From assembly GCA_030649025.1 (NCBI GenBank), contig JAUSGO010000022.1, positions 9,023-73,022 on the forward strand: a stretch of DNA of 64,000 nucleotides, written 5' to 3'. Shown in pieces: positions 55,485 to 64,000 of the stretch (within the stretch, counting starts at the first letter, position 1; every line of letters begins with the position of its first letter). The stretch is from a bacterium. Its GTDB lineage: Bacteria > Patescibacteriota > Minisyncoccia > JAUYLV01. Both the position numbers and the translations under genes were made by a program. Below the pieces are notes generated by a model. That model was not told the origin of the DNA. It was given only the letters and a program-made list of their open reading frames with translations, and ran no database searches.

Positions 55485-58436
55485 CTATGCGGCTACTGCT
55501 TCCAGCGATTTGTCCGAAGGCATACTAAATAAATCTGGCCTTGCATCCCGCAATTGTTTAAGCGCGAGGTTCGCCGCCGTGAGGGTGGCGTAGTTTCTGA
55601 ATGGCGCGGAAGCATCTGCCGCGCCTCCGGTATTATGGTGAGCTTTTTCATGTATGTATACATCAGCAGCATGCTCCATGCCTGCAGCCAGAGTAGACCT
55701 GTGAAGATGGATTGAAAATCCATCGCTAAAACCAGCGGCAACGACCTGACCGGCCTTTTTTGCTTTATATACTCTGATCTCCGATGGCCGGTTATTGGGC
55801 AGGTAGACATCAATGGCAGTAAGTGTTTCTAAAAGTTCTTTTTCTTCTGTGCTTAATTCTTCGTTCGGAATATGTTCCACATCGGTCATTTCACGTAGTC
55901 GATCCATATAGGTTGGAAGGCCAACTGTCTCAAGCGCCGAACAAACCGCCGAGGGGAAAGTAACAAGTTCCAGTCCCACGTGTTGATTCTCATGCATTGC
56001 GTCAAAGTCTTGGGATCGGACATCGCGTATGGCGGTATTTTTTCCAAACATTTCTTGAAAAACACGTTTCCATGTCTCCCCATCTTTTGGCCAGAACTTT
56101 GTTTCGAATTCGAGTTTTTCCGCACCGCTCCAATTTTGACCTGCGGAATTTGCTTTGAATAAAAACTGTCTGATGGCATCCGGCGCGCTAAGTTCTGATA
56201 ACGCATTCCCGATGAGTGGTTCCAATTCATCTTTTGCAACCTGCCGACGATCCCGATTTTTTATCTCAAGGTTAGGGAAATGATAGCTGAAGAGTAAGCT
56301 ATGCTGGCCTGGTATAAGAATCTGCTTGACATAGAGCATTCCTCCGTCGAGAGATAATATATCTCCCACAGATGTCCTTTGTACCGGCTGGAGTCGTTCA
56401 AAAGAAAGTATCTTTGTATCTATGTTACGGAACTCTTGAACAAGTTTTTGCGTTGGGTTTTCGAAAGTTGTAGAGCTCGACTGATACCGTTGCTCTGTAT
56501 CATCGTCGGGCAATTTACCCTTTACGCCATGCGTTATCCGGTACACCACTCGGTCTACGCGTTTATCGCCAATTTCCTGTTGCTGGACTTCTGGTTTGGC
56601 AACCCATTGCTGGGAACGAAGCACCATCTCGTTGCCGCTTCGGAGTGCCGCGGCAGACACCATTTTAAGTCCTTCACCGAATTTTCCTGCACTTTCTGAT
56701 CCTCCCTTGGTTGATTGTAATACACCGAGCCAGCGGTAGTCGTAGCCCCGTCCGTCATCGTATATCTTCAGGGCCGCTATCTGATCGCTAGCATAATCTT
56801 TAAATTCGTCATGGGAGTGCCATTTATTATCTCTTGTTTTAAAGCGGAGACCGAACATCGTTCCTCCCGAATCTCTTGGAAGGTGATTCTGCGCAGCGTC
56901 AAGTAACATGCGCTCCTCGTTCCATAATTCTTTTCCGTATTCAAGCGTCAAAGAGGTCGGCAGTATCTCCTCATATGAATCGGGTGTAGACTCCTTGTCG
57001 CTCTTAACGCCGGCTACAAGAAGCGCGTTTTTTAGTGCGTATGGGAAATTTATCCTTTTTAGGGGCTTATTCTTGAAAATCTCCGGAATTTCGTAATCAG
57101 TCTCAATAACCGCATCTTCACCAAATGCTTCATGGAAAGCAGTTTTCCATGCTTCCGGGTATTGTGGCTTGAGATGGTATAAGGAGCACTCCAGCGCATT
57201 CGGATTGAGCTGGCTTTTCTTAAGGAGGGTTTTAATAATGTTCTTGCGTGAAAGTTCCGACAAAACCGTTGCTATTTTTCTATCAAGGTTATCTGTGATG
57301 ATGGCATCCCGATCGCGATTTGTTTCTGCGTCATCAAAGTTATAGGAGAGCAGGGAGTCCTCGGTTGTCACCTGAATGCCTTTTACAAAAAATCCGCCTG
57401 GTTCCGTATCCACAATCTGCCCTGTCGTACCGATAAATGCCGGCCGATAATTTTCCCGAAGAGCGAGGACCTTTTTCTCCATGCCCAGAACCTCGCGCAC
57501 AAAAGGTTTCGTAGGATGTCGAAAGGTCGTTCGGGAACCGACCATGGGCTTTCCATCAAGATATTGGACGCCGAAGGAAAGCTGCTCTACCGGCTGTTGT
57601 TTTTGATGCCGCGTATCGTGGAAAGTAACCGGCTTGGCCATTGGTTTTGCGAGCCAATTCTGGGATTCATACTCCAAGTTGAGTCCCTCCCGAAGCGCTG
57701 CTGCCGCTACCATTTTCATTCCTTCGCCAAATTGCCCACGCGATTCTTGTTCGCCAGATTTTGTTGAATAGAGTAATGCAAGGCTCTTTGCATCAAAGCC
57801 CACACCATCGTCCACGAAACGCACGGCTTCAATTTTCTCCGGTTCAGCCCTAGCTTCTACCAAAGAAACCCACTCGCCATCTATCTGGCATTGCACCCAC
57901 ACGCGCTCACCCTTGGAATCGGTTGGCAAGTGGTTTTGTACGCCATCAAGACAGACTCTCTCAACTCCCCAATGCTTTTTCTCATAATCAAGCGTGAGAG
58001 AAGTATCGAGCGTTTCTTCACGCTCGATTTTTTCAGGCCTTTTTTGATTCAGAATTTCGTCATCAGCAAATTCCGGTGCATGTTCTACGACACGATCAAT
58101 ATGCCGCAGTTGCCGTAATGTGGCGACAGCTTTTTCTGCCAAAAGATAAGAACGGCTAGAGACGCCGTACTGCGGTATAGACTCTCTCCTTCTTCTAAAA
58201 GGCGGGATTGAGCGAAGCGTTGTTTCGAGATACGACTTCCACCTTTCCAGAGCAGTTTCCTCTTTCTCGCGATGTTCGGGTGCGTAACGATCGGTAAGTT
58301 GCAGTACGCGAGTTAAGCGCAAACGGTCCCGATCGTCAAGGTTGCCATGCTCAAGAAATTCCAGCATTTCAGTTCGTGATGACTCAAGCGTTTTTTGAGC
58401 TTCAAAAAATTGAGCTTCTGTGCGTGAATTTTCCAT
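55485..58436 (-). CDS. Tandem GHKL-type ATPase repeat protein with C-terminal HEXXH
   Basis: Twice TSLTL.Y, D..QNHLP.D, DDG.G(F/Y)D, STK, G.FGEG(M/L)KM; C-terminal IHEKAHH. Confidence 0.8.
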   Translation of the reverse strand: MENSRTEAQFFEAQKTLESSRTEMLEFLEHGNLDDRDRLRLTRVLQLTDRYAPEHREKEETALERWKSYLETTLRSIPPFRRRRESIPQYGVSSRSYLLAEKAVATLRQLRHIDRVVEHAPEFADDEILNQKRPEKIEREETLDTSLTLDYEKKHWGVERVCLDGVQNHLPTDSKGERVWVQCQIDGEWVSLVEARAEPEKIEAVRFVDDGVGFDAKSLALLYSTKSGEQESRGQFGEGMKMVAAAALREGLNLEYESQNWLAKPMAKPVTFHDTRHQKQQPVEQLSFGVQYLDGKPMVGSRTTFRHPTKPFVREVLGMEKKVLALRENYRPAFIGTTGQIVDTEPGGFFVKGIQVTTEDSLLSYNFDDAETNRDRDAIITDNLDRKIATVLSELSRKNIIKTLLKKSQLNPNALECSLYHLKPQYPEAWKTAFHEAFGEDAVIETDYEIPEIFKNKPLKRINFPYALKNALLVAGVKSDKESTPDSYEEILPTSLTLEYGKELWNEERMLLDAAQNHLPRDSGGTMFGLRFKTRDNKWHSHDEFKDYASDQIAALKIYDDGRGYDYRWLGVLQSTKGGSESAGKFGEGLKMVSAAALRSGNEMVLRSQQWVAKPEVQQQEIGDKRVDRVVYRITHGVKGKLPDDDTEQRYQSSSTTFENPTQKLVQEFRNIDTKILSFERLQPVQRTSVGDILSLDGGMLYVKQILIPGQHSLLFSYHFPNLEIKNRDRRQVAKDELEPLIGNALSELSAPDAIRQFLFKANSAGQNWSGAEKLEFETKFWPKDGETWKRVFQEMFGKNTAIRDVRSQDFDAMHENQHVGLELVTFPSAVCSALETVGLPTYMDRLREMTDVEHIPNEELSTEEKELLETLTAIDVYLPNNRPSEIRVYKAKKAGQVVAAGFSDGFSIHLHRSTLAAGMEHAADVYIHEKAHHNTGGAADASAPFRNYATLTAANLALKQLRDARPDLFSMPSDKSLEAVAA

Positions 58437-58592
58437 ACAGTTATAGTATAGCAGAAATTCAATAATATTTCCAGCGGCGATTCAAAGGTAGTGGCCCCTT
58501 TGTCGGATCAAAAACCAAAAACAGTCTCCAAGAGGCTGTTTTTCATCGTGCGCGCGGAGAAGACGCCGGAAAAATCATAGGGCACCGATGAT

Positions 58593-59054
58593 TTATGCGC
58601 GGACAAGTGACACGATGTGGTCTATCGCAGTGGCAAGGTCCGAATACTGCGGAATGCCGTACCGCTCGCAGACGATGTCGACATTGCCCTTCCGCCAAAA
58701 GCCGTCGGGACAGACGACCATCAGTTTGCCGCTTTGCGCATAGAGCCCCATTTCCAAAAGCGAAATGGGAGATTTGGTATTCGGGTCAAAATACATGACA
58801 ATATGATCGCTTTTTGCAAGAGCATCAAGTTCCCACTCGACTTGCGCGCGAAAAGCAGGATTGTCTTTTCGCTGTTCCCAGGTTGCGTCCCAACCATCCC
58901 GCCGCGGGTTCAGCAGAACCACCATTTCATCCGTAAGTTTTTGCACGACCATAGCCTGCCAATGTTCCGCAGTATCCATTTCAATGCTTCCTGCAAGAAA
59001 AATCTTGGGGTCGGTGGTTTCCGGTATCTGCTGTAGTGGTTTTATTTCAAGCAT
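58593..59054 (-). CDS. Nucleoside 2-deoxyribosyltransferase-like protein
   Basis: IFLAGSI, WQ, NPRR, QVEWE, SPISLLEMG. Confidence 0.87.
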   Translation of the reverse strand: MLEIKPLQQIPETTDPKIFLAGSIEMDTAEHWQAMVVQKLTDEMVVLLNPRRDGWDATWEQRKDNPAFRAQVEWELDALAKSDHIVMYFDPNTKSPISLLEMGLYAQSGKLMVVCPDGFWRKGNVDIVCERYGIPQYSDLATAIDHIVSLVRA

Positions 59055-59169
59055 AGTACCTATGAAGCCCGATTGTAAGCTTTCTTTAAGCCCCCAATAA
59101 ATTTCTTAATTTTAATTACTTTTAAGTTTCCGTCTATGCTGCGGGAACCATTTTGAGAGAAATAATCGC

Positions 59170-60066
59170 TCATCTTAAGAGATTATGAGGAAAATTACCG
59201 AATCTTCTTTTGATGAACATCGGTACGGAGTGAAAGAAATGGATCCATGCCCTGAGATAGTGCTTTTTAACATAGATATTCTCGTTGCGCATGACCAGGA
59301 GACCGAATATCGCCAGGATTGTTTCTCGATAACGATCATGGTTATTTGTGCGCAGAGTTTCCCGCCATAGCGTTATAACCCTTTCGTTTTCAGGAATATC
59401 GAGAATGGTTTCTACGGAAAAAAGAGACTTCGTTCCCAGTACGCTGAATATTTCATGTGCATCCGGGTTGCCGATGGTGAGGTACTTGCCTTTGTAGGTG
59501 CAAAATATTCTTGGAAAAGGATCGTTCCCCGTTCGATCCTCTATAAAAAACGGAAGGTTAATGCGGCGCTCATCCAATTCTTTCTTTAAGCGCTTAATTT
59601 GTTTCTTCCCGTAATAATCGACGACGAAATGCTTGGGATGCGGGACAATGATTATCATCTCTCGCTTGTGCGAAATGTAATCCAGGAGCTCTCCTTCGGT
59701 AAGATTCGCGAAAATTTCTTTATTGGGCAGAATCCGATGATGAAGTTTTTCGATACTGGCCTTCAAGTCGTCATGATCTCCAAAAGTCAGCAATTCCCTT
59801 CTTGTCACCAGCTTCAATATGCCGTCGGCTAGCCCCTTTTTTATTTTCCACTGAATGCCCGGGACGACAAGTACCTTTTTTGTGGAAAAACTCATTGCCT
59901 GGTCTATCAATAACGGAACTACATTGTGGTCCGATATCCCCAAAATCGCATATTCATTTTCCTTTAATATTTTTTCTAAATATGCCACATACTCCTGAAC
60001 GGTAGTCGAGCTGTCATGAGATCTATCCGAGTGAACATGAAAAAGAAAAAAGAGACGCTGATTCAT
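59170..60066 (-). CDS. PHP-domain metal-dependent phosphoesterase-like protein
   Basis: HVHSDRSHD, ISDHN, PHP, DAH. Confidence 0.7.
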   Translation of the reverse strand: MNQRLFFLFHVHSDRSHDSSTTVQEYVAYLEKILKENEYAILGISDHNVVPLLIDQAMSFSTKKVLVVPGIQWKIKKGLADGILKLVTRRELLTFGDHDDLKASIEKLHHRILPNKEIFANLTEGELLDYISHKREMIIIVPHPKHFVVDYYGKKQIKRLKKELDERRINLPFFIEDRTGNDPFPRIFCTYKGKYLTIGNPDAHEIFSVLGTKSLFSVETILDIPENERVITLWRETLRTNNHDRYRETILAIFGLLVMRNENIYVKKHYLRAWIHFFHSVPMFIKRRFGNFPHNLLR

Positions 60067-60209
60067 GAAATAATTCTATCATGGTCTCATAAATATGTTT
60101 ATGTTTGTCAACTGCGCTGACTCATGCGGGCGATTTAGGACGGTGCGGGAAAATTCTTGATGACCACAATGGATTTATTCAAAATAAAAAGTGCCGGTAT
60201 TGGTGGCAC

Positions 60210-60419
60210 TCACAGGCGTCCGTAGCGTCTGTAGATAGCATTTCGAGGGATACCGAAGAATGGGGTTGCGCCAGGCTTTAGTGTCACGGGGATCTCGTTT
60301 CGAATAACCCCGAACGTGTGTCCTTCGAATTTGTAGACCACAGTTCCGGCCCGAAGGTCTTTCTTTAAGCCGGATTCTTCTTTGGCGACTTTACGCAAAA
60401 GAACTAGTTTTTCCGCCAC
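60210..60419 (-). CDS. Small hypothetical protein
   Basis: SD GAGGAG before GTG; hairpin downstream. Confidence 0.6.
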   Translation of the reverse strand: MAEKLVLLRKVAKEESGLKKDLRAGTVVYKFEGHTFGVIRNEIPVTLKPGATPFFGIPRNAIYRRYGRL

Positions 60420-60622
60420 GGGATTTCTCCTCTCGATGAATTTTTTAGGATTTCAATTTTATTTTTAGAATAGCAGACATTGTAAGTCCCGTAAAGCTCC
60501 CTGTAGATATTTTTTTCGAGCAGGGGAATGGAATAGAACAAAATGGGAACCTTTTTAACGCCCTTTCTCTAAAAAGTTTTTACCCCGTCCAGCGCTAGCA
60601 GCCGGACGGGGTTTTTGTTTTT

Positions 60623-60651
60623 ATTATACTCCTCCTTCTAAAATTTGTCAA
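60623..60651 (-). promoter_or_regulatory. Perfect consensus sigma70 promoter
   Basis: TTGACA-17-TATAAT followed at once by a hairpin at 60582-60612. Confidence 0.7.
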
Positions 60652-60702
60652 GGTCTTAAGGTGCCGGATTTAAACTCGAATATAAATTATAGATTGCCAT
60701 AT

Positions 60703-61482
60703 TTAGAGCATGGATGCGGGTGTTCGCGTAAAGCGCCAGGGCAAAAAGATTTCTAGGCCGACAAGAATCAGGAACGATCCGAGCGCGCCCCAAAAACCCG
60801 CATATCGCATAGTATGTGCAAGACCGTTGCCCTTCTTGAGGATTTCAATATCGGTAACATAGACGACTTCACAGGCGCCATTGCCGGTGTCGGTGCGCGT
60901 AGTGCTGGTGTTTCTTGTGTAGAGCGTCTGGCCGCCTTTCATCTGTACGCGATAGTCTGCCAGGTACCCTTGCACGCGAACCTGGTCCCCGATGATTACG
61001 TTTCGTATGCGGTGGGCGACGTTCTCATCGGCAGGAATAAGATGGTTATTGGACCCCGAAAGACCGCTAAATGGAGGGGAGAAATCCTGTTCCCAGCGCC
61101 CAAAACAAGTAAACTCTCCGCTCGAGAACTTCACTTTTTTGTACGCCCCGCTTTTGATATTATCACCCCATACGACGCAAATATCTTTCATATTCCCCGG
61201 ATCGTTCTTATGCGTAAAATCAAAAATATTGTCGGCATCGTACAGCGATACTACCAATCCATAGAGCTCATAGCTGTAGTGCGGCATGAGCGTGTAGGCA
61301 TATCCTTTGATATCAATCTTGTTCGGCTCCACGACAACCGCCTCCTGTTTTGGCTCGTTCTCAAGCACCGCCGGAAGAATCTCGGCAGTACTGGGAAGGG
61401 CGGGTTTATAAAAGAAAGAGCCTGCGTAAGCAAGGAGCGAGATGTAAAGCATGCCTTTAAATGCCCGCGTGAGAAATTTCAT
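60703..61482 (-). CDS. Membrane-anchored hypothetical protein
   Basis: DICVVWG, SNNHLIPAD, STTRTDTGNGACEV; TMs at both ends. Confidence 0.75.
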   Translation of the reverse strand: MKFLTRAFKGMLYISLLAYAGSFFYKPALPSTAEILPAVLENEPKQEAVVVEPNKIDIKGYAYTLMPHYSYELYGLVVSLYDADNIFDFTHKNDPGNMKDICVVWGDNIKSGAYKKVKFSSGEFTCFGRWEQDFSPPFSGLSGSNNHLIPADENVAHRIRNVIIGDQVRVQGYLADYRVQMKGGQTLYTRNTSTTRTDTGNGACEVVYVTDIEILKKGNGLAHTMRYAGFWGALGSFLILVGLEIFLPWRFTRTPASML

Positions 61483-62060
61483 TTAGAGATTTGTTGTGAA
61501 CTGCGCAGCGTCCGGATCGCAATTGCACCGTCTATAAGATACACCACCAACAACCCATTCACGGCCAGGTTCCCTCCGGACAGCATCTCTGGTGTCGTGA
61601 GAAACACATATATCTTATTTCCGACAAGATACGCAATGAGCGCAATGGCGCTTGCAAGGTTCCGCCTGTATATGCCGTAGGCAAGCGCAAGAATAATAAA
61701 CGCATCAACGGCCGCATAGGATTCGATATATCCCGTCACAACAGCTCCGAGCATGACAAGCCCGGCAAGCACCGCGGCAATGAATGCATTTCTGACTTTC
61801 TTCTCAAGCTTTCTCTGATTCACCTGGTCTAGGGCAGATGTGTCGCTTTCCCCGCCCGTCAACGTCGGCGCGCGGCTTGCAAGGCGTACCCCGAAATCTG
61901 CATGCTCTTGGGTGAGTTGAGGCGAAAGCGGGCTCGGTGCTGAAAATGTCGCCGGGGGCTCTGGTGCCAAAGTCTGAAGAAAAGGGTCTACCATCTTGCC
62001 GCAACTCCAACATTCCTCGCCCGCCCGCTTGATAACTACTCCGCAGTTGTTGCAATTCAT
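61479..62060 (-). CDS. Zinc-ribbon membrane protein
   Basis: CNNC...CWSC plus four TMs. Confidence 0.75.
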   Translation of the reverse strand: MNCNNCGVVIKRAGEECWSCGKMVDPFLQTLAPEPPATFSAPSPLSPQLTQEHADFGVRLASRAPTLTGGESDTSALDQVNQRKLEKKVRNAFIAAVLAGLVMLGAVVTGYIESYAAVDAFIILALAYGIYRRNLASAIALIAYLVGNKIYVFLTTPEMLSGGNLAVNGLLVVYLIDGAIAIRTLRSSQQISK

Positions 62061-62146
62061 ATTTGTTTAGGCCCCACTATTTAATATTTATGATATCAAT
62101 ACTCCTCGAACGCACTCACCTATCACAAGTTGGCTTCCACGGACGG

Positions 62147-63655
62147 CTATTCGAGCGGGATTCCTGTCAGGTATGAATCTCTGTCGAAGCTATTAATCTC
62201 GTATACGGCGTCCCAATCATACCCAAGCCTCACAAAAGCTTCTGCCGTTTTAATCCATCGCTTTTCTCCAATATCTCCGCTTGGATACAGCCTGTACACC
62301 TTGGGGTCTTGCGCAACCGTTGCCCGTACAAGATCGGAGATTGCAAATGTATCCACCGCTGTCCGTGTCACCGTGATGACATTTTCCCAACGAAGATGCC
62401 CGTAACTATTAAATACTTTTGGGCTCAAGATAAGACGTTTGAATTGTTTGCCATTTTTATACTTCACGATATATACGTCTATATCCCCGGCCGCTCGTAT
62501 CAATGCACCTTCCGTAATAGCGGGAGAACTGCTTGTCCAAAGGGGGTGGGCCGCAATAAATGCCCGCGTTGCGCTCCCGTAGTGTCCGTCCGGCGGAGAG
62601 ATGCCCGCCGCCACCTGAAATTCCACGAGAGCCGCTTTCGTTATCACGCCAAAATAACCGGTCGCACCCGCGTCGGCAAGGCGCAAGGCGGCAACACCCG
62701 AATCAGCTTGTATCAAATATTTCTGGAGCGCCACGACCGCGGCGCCCGATGAGCCAATATCCAAATCGCTTATAGGAAGAGAGCCTCCCACACTTCCCGT
62801 CGTCGGTATGAACGCGAGAGCGTCCATAATAAGCAGGGGCAACGTAATATTGCCGGCGATGGCGCTGATAAATACGCCACGGAAGTTCGTCACAAGAAAC
62901 CGCGACAGTGCAATACTGTCGGAAGTTTGCGCGAGAATTACGGAGAGATACCCTATTTTTTCTTGAAGCGAGAATTCTCCCGTCAGGCGCGGGAACGGGT
63001 CCACCGGCGTGCCGGAGCTGTTGTGTATCTCAAAGTGGAGATGCGCCGGTCCGCCCGAAGCGTTGCCGGTATTGCCTACATAGCCGATAAGAGACCCTTG
63101 AGCGAGTACCAGTCCGGAAACCACGCCCTCCCCGATGCGATCGAGATGATAATAAACAAATGTCTCGCCTCCGGGATTTGCCGTGTACACCGCGATTCCC
63201 TCGCTTGCGCCCGCATTCGTGCTTGTGTGCGTAACGACGGCATTGGTCGGCGAAATAATGGGCGTACCCTTAACGGCCATGATGTCTTCGCCTTCGTGCG
63301 TGCGTGCGCCGCCGTCACGCGGGTCACCAAAGTTCGGCTCGATGTCTTGGACCCCCACGCCAAAAAGTACCGGCATCATCACAACGGTACTGGCCGTGTC
63401 GCCTAACGCGCTGATTTTTTGCTGTAAACCGCCCGACTGCTCCCGATATTCCCGTATTCTTCGCTGGCGATCGCCTAAGGGCTCGCTTGAACCATCATAC
63501 TGCAACCATGTTTTTGAAGTGGTCGCGGTATAGCTTGATGAACGTCTTGTCCGTGCCGCCGTCACTGCAGGCAGCACCGCAAACGCGAACAACAGGATCA
63601 CAACCGCATAACACGCGGCATGCTTCAGAAATTTTCCATTGAGAGGGACCCTCAT
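62147..63655 (-). CDS. M23 peptidase with peptidoglycan-binding domain
   Basis: HEGEDI, YYHL, GNTGNA, HLHFE; GSSGAAVVALQ..L...TGYFG..T..A...FQ; alternative start at 63703. Confidence 0.9.
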   Translation of the reverse strand: MRVPLNGKFLKHAACYAVVILLFAFAVLPAVTAARTRRSSSYTATTSKTWLQYDGSSEPLGDRQRRIREYREQSGGLQQKISALGDTASTVVMMPVLFGVGVQDIEPNFGDPRDGGARTHEGEDIMAVKGTPIISPTNAVVTHTSTNAGASEGIAVYTANPGGETFVYYHLDRIGEGVVSGLVLAQGSLIGYVGNTGNASGGPAHLHFEIHNSSGTPVDPFPRLTGEFSLQEKIGYLSVILAQTSDSIALSRFLVTNFRGVFISAIAGNITLPLLIMDALAFIPTTGSVGGSLPISDLDIGSSGAAVVALQKYLIQADSGVAALRLADAGATGYFGVITKAALVEFQVAAGISPPDGHYGSATRAFIAAHPLWTSSSPAITEGALIRAAGDIDVYIVKYKNGKQFKRLILSPKVFNSYGHLRWENVITVTRTAVDTFAISDLVRATVAQDPKVYRLYPSGDIGEKRWIKTAEAFVRLGYDWDAVYEINSFDRDSYLTGIPLE

Positions 63656-63799
63656 ACAACTCAATTGTAGCACAGTAATGCAACTGACATAAGATGTTAT
63701 CACTTCTTGGCGCTTTTCACATAAGCGGGAGATTCTACTTTTTCCATTATATTGCGCGATTACAAAAATAGCGTTATATCTCTCAACAAAACACCCACC

Positions 63800-64000
63800 T
63801 ACATATATAAACCCAATTTTGCCGCAGTTGGCCAGAATGGTTTTCAGCGATATGTGATTTTAGGATTTACAGATAAAAATCTTTATGTGTTAGAAAGTCT
63901 TTTTTTATGGGAATGCGACCTATGTGTTTGGTGAGCGCTGGGAAGAACTCTCTAAGAAGACAAAAGCCGAAATTTTAAATGAGGGATCTCATCAGGAAAG
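63800..64000 (+). pseudogene. Frameshifted fragment of a hypothetical protein
   Basis: YKPNFAAVGQNGFQRYVILGFTDKNLYVLES continues in another frame at a T7 run as YGNATYVFGERWEELSKKTKAEIL. Confidence 0.5.

Noticed and set aside
60814-61680. 288-aa plus-strand ORF and many other antisense ORFs in the track
   Set aside because: Shadows of better-supported opposite-strand genes with no recognisable motifs

Overview
Chromosomal segment of a small-genome bacterium, very likely Patescibacteria/CPR (Parcubacteria-like). This is inferred from the FtsA-like plus baseplate-J-like pair, the PEGA protein, the stand-alone VirD4/HerA-like ATPase, the GT39 pair and the SD-less ribosomal genes. Core genes are infA-rpmJ-rpsM-rpsK-rpsD-rpoA-rplQ-rplM-rpsI, murA, mreB, holB, frr, obgE, corA and an ABC-F ATPase. 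No rRNA, tRNA or CRISPR array was recognised. The best candidate for a novel system is a self-contained four-gene ubiquitination-like operon (3236-6438, minus strand). It encodes a multi-pass membrane/coiled-coil protein ending in an E2-like domain, a JAB/JAMM peptidase, a ThiF/E1 enzyme and a ubiquitin-like protein ending GG-R, with its own promoter, SD sites and terminator. Other highlights: (1) a CCCGTTAGA...TCTAACGGG miniature inverted-repeat element flanked by RTGAA repeats that sits on start codons and in frame inside a CDF transporter; (2) long hairpin or heptamer-repeat elements in many core intergenic gaps; (3) an RPH/PPDK-like enzyme with two cassette modules; (4) a 983-aa tandem-GHKL plus HEXXH protein beside a probable recombinase remnant; (5) an MsrB lacking its catalytic Cys; (6) a secreted protein with a T3SS-needle-like tail. 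All assignments are by eye from motifs; no searches were run.
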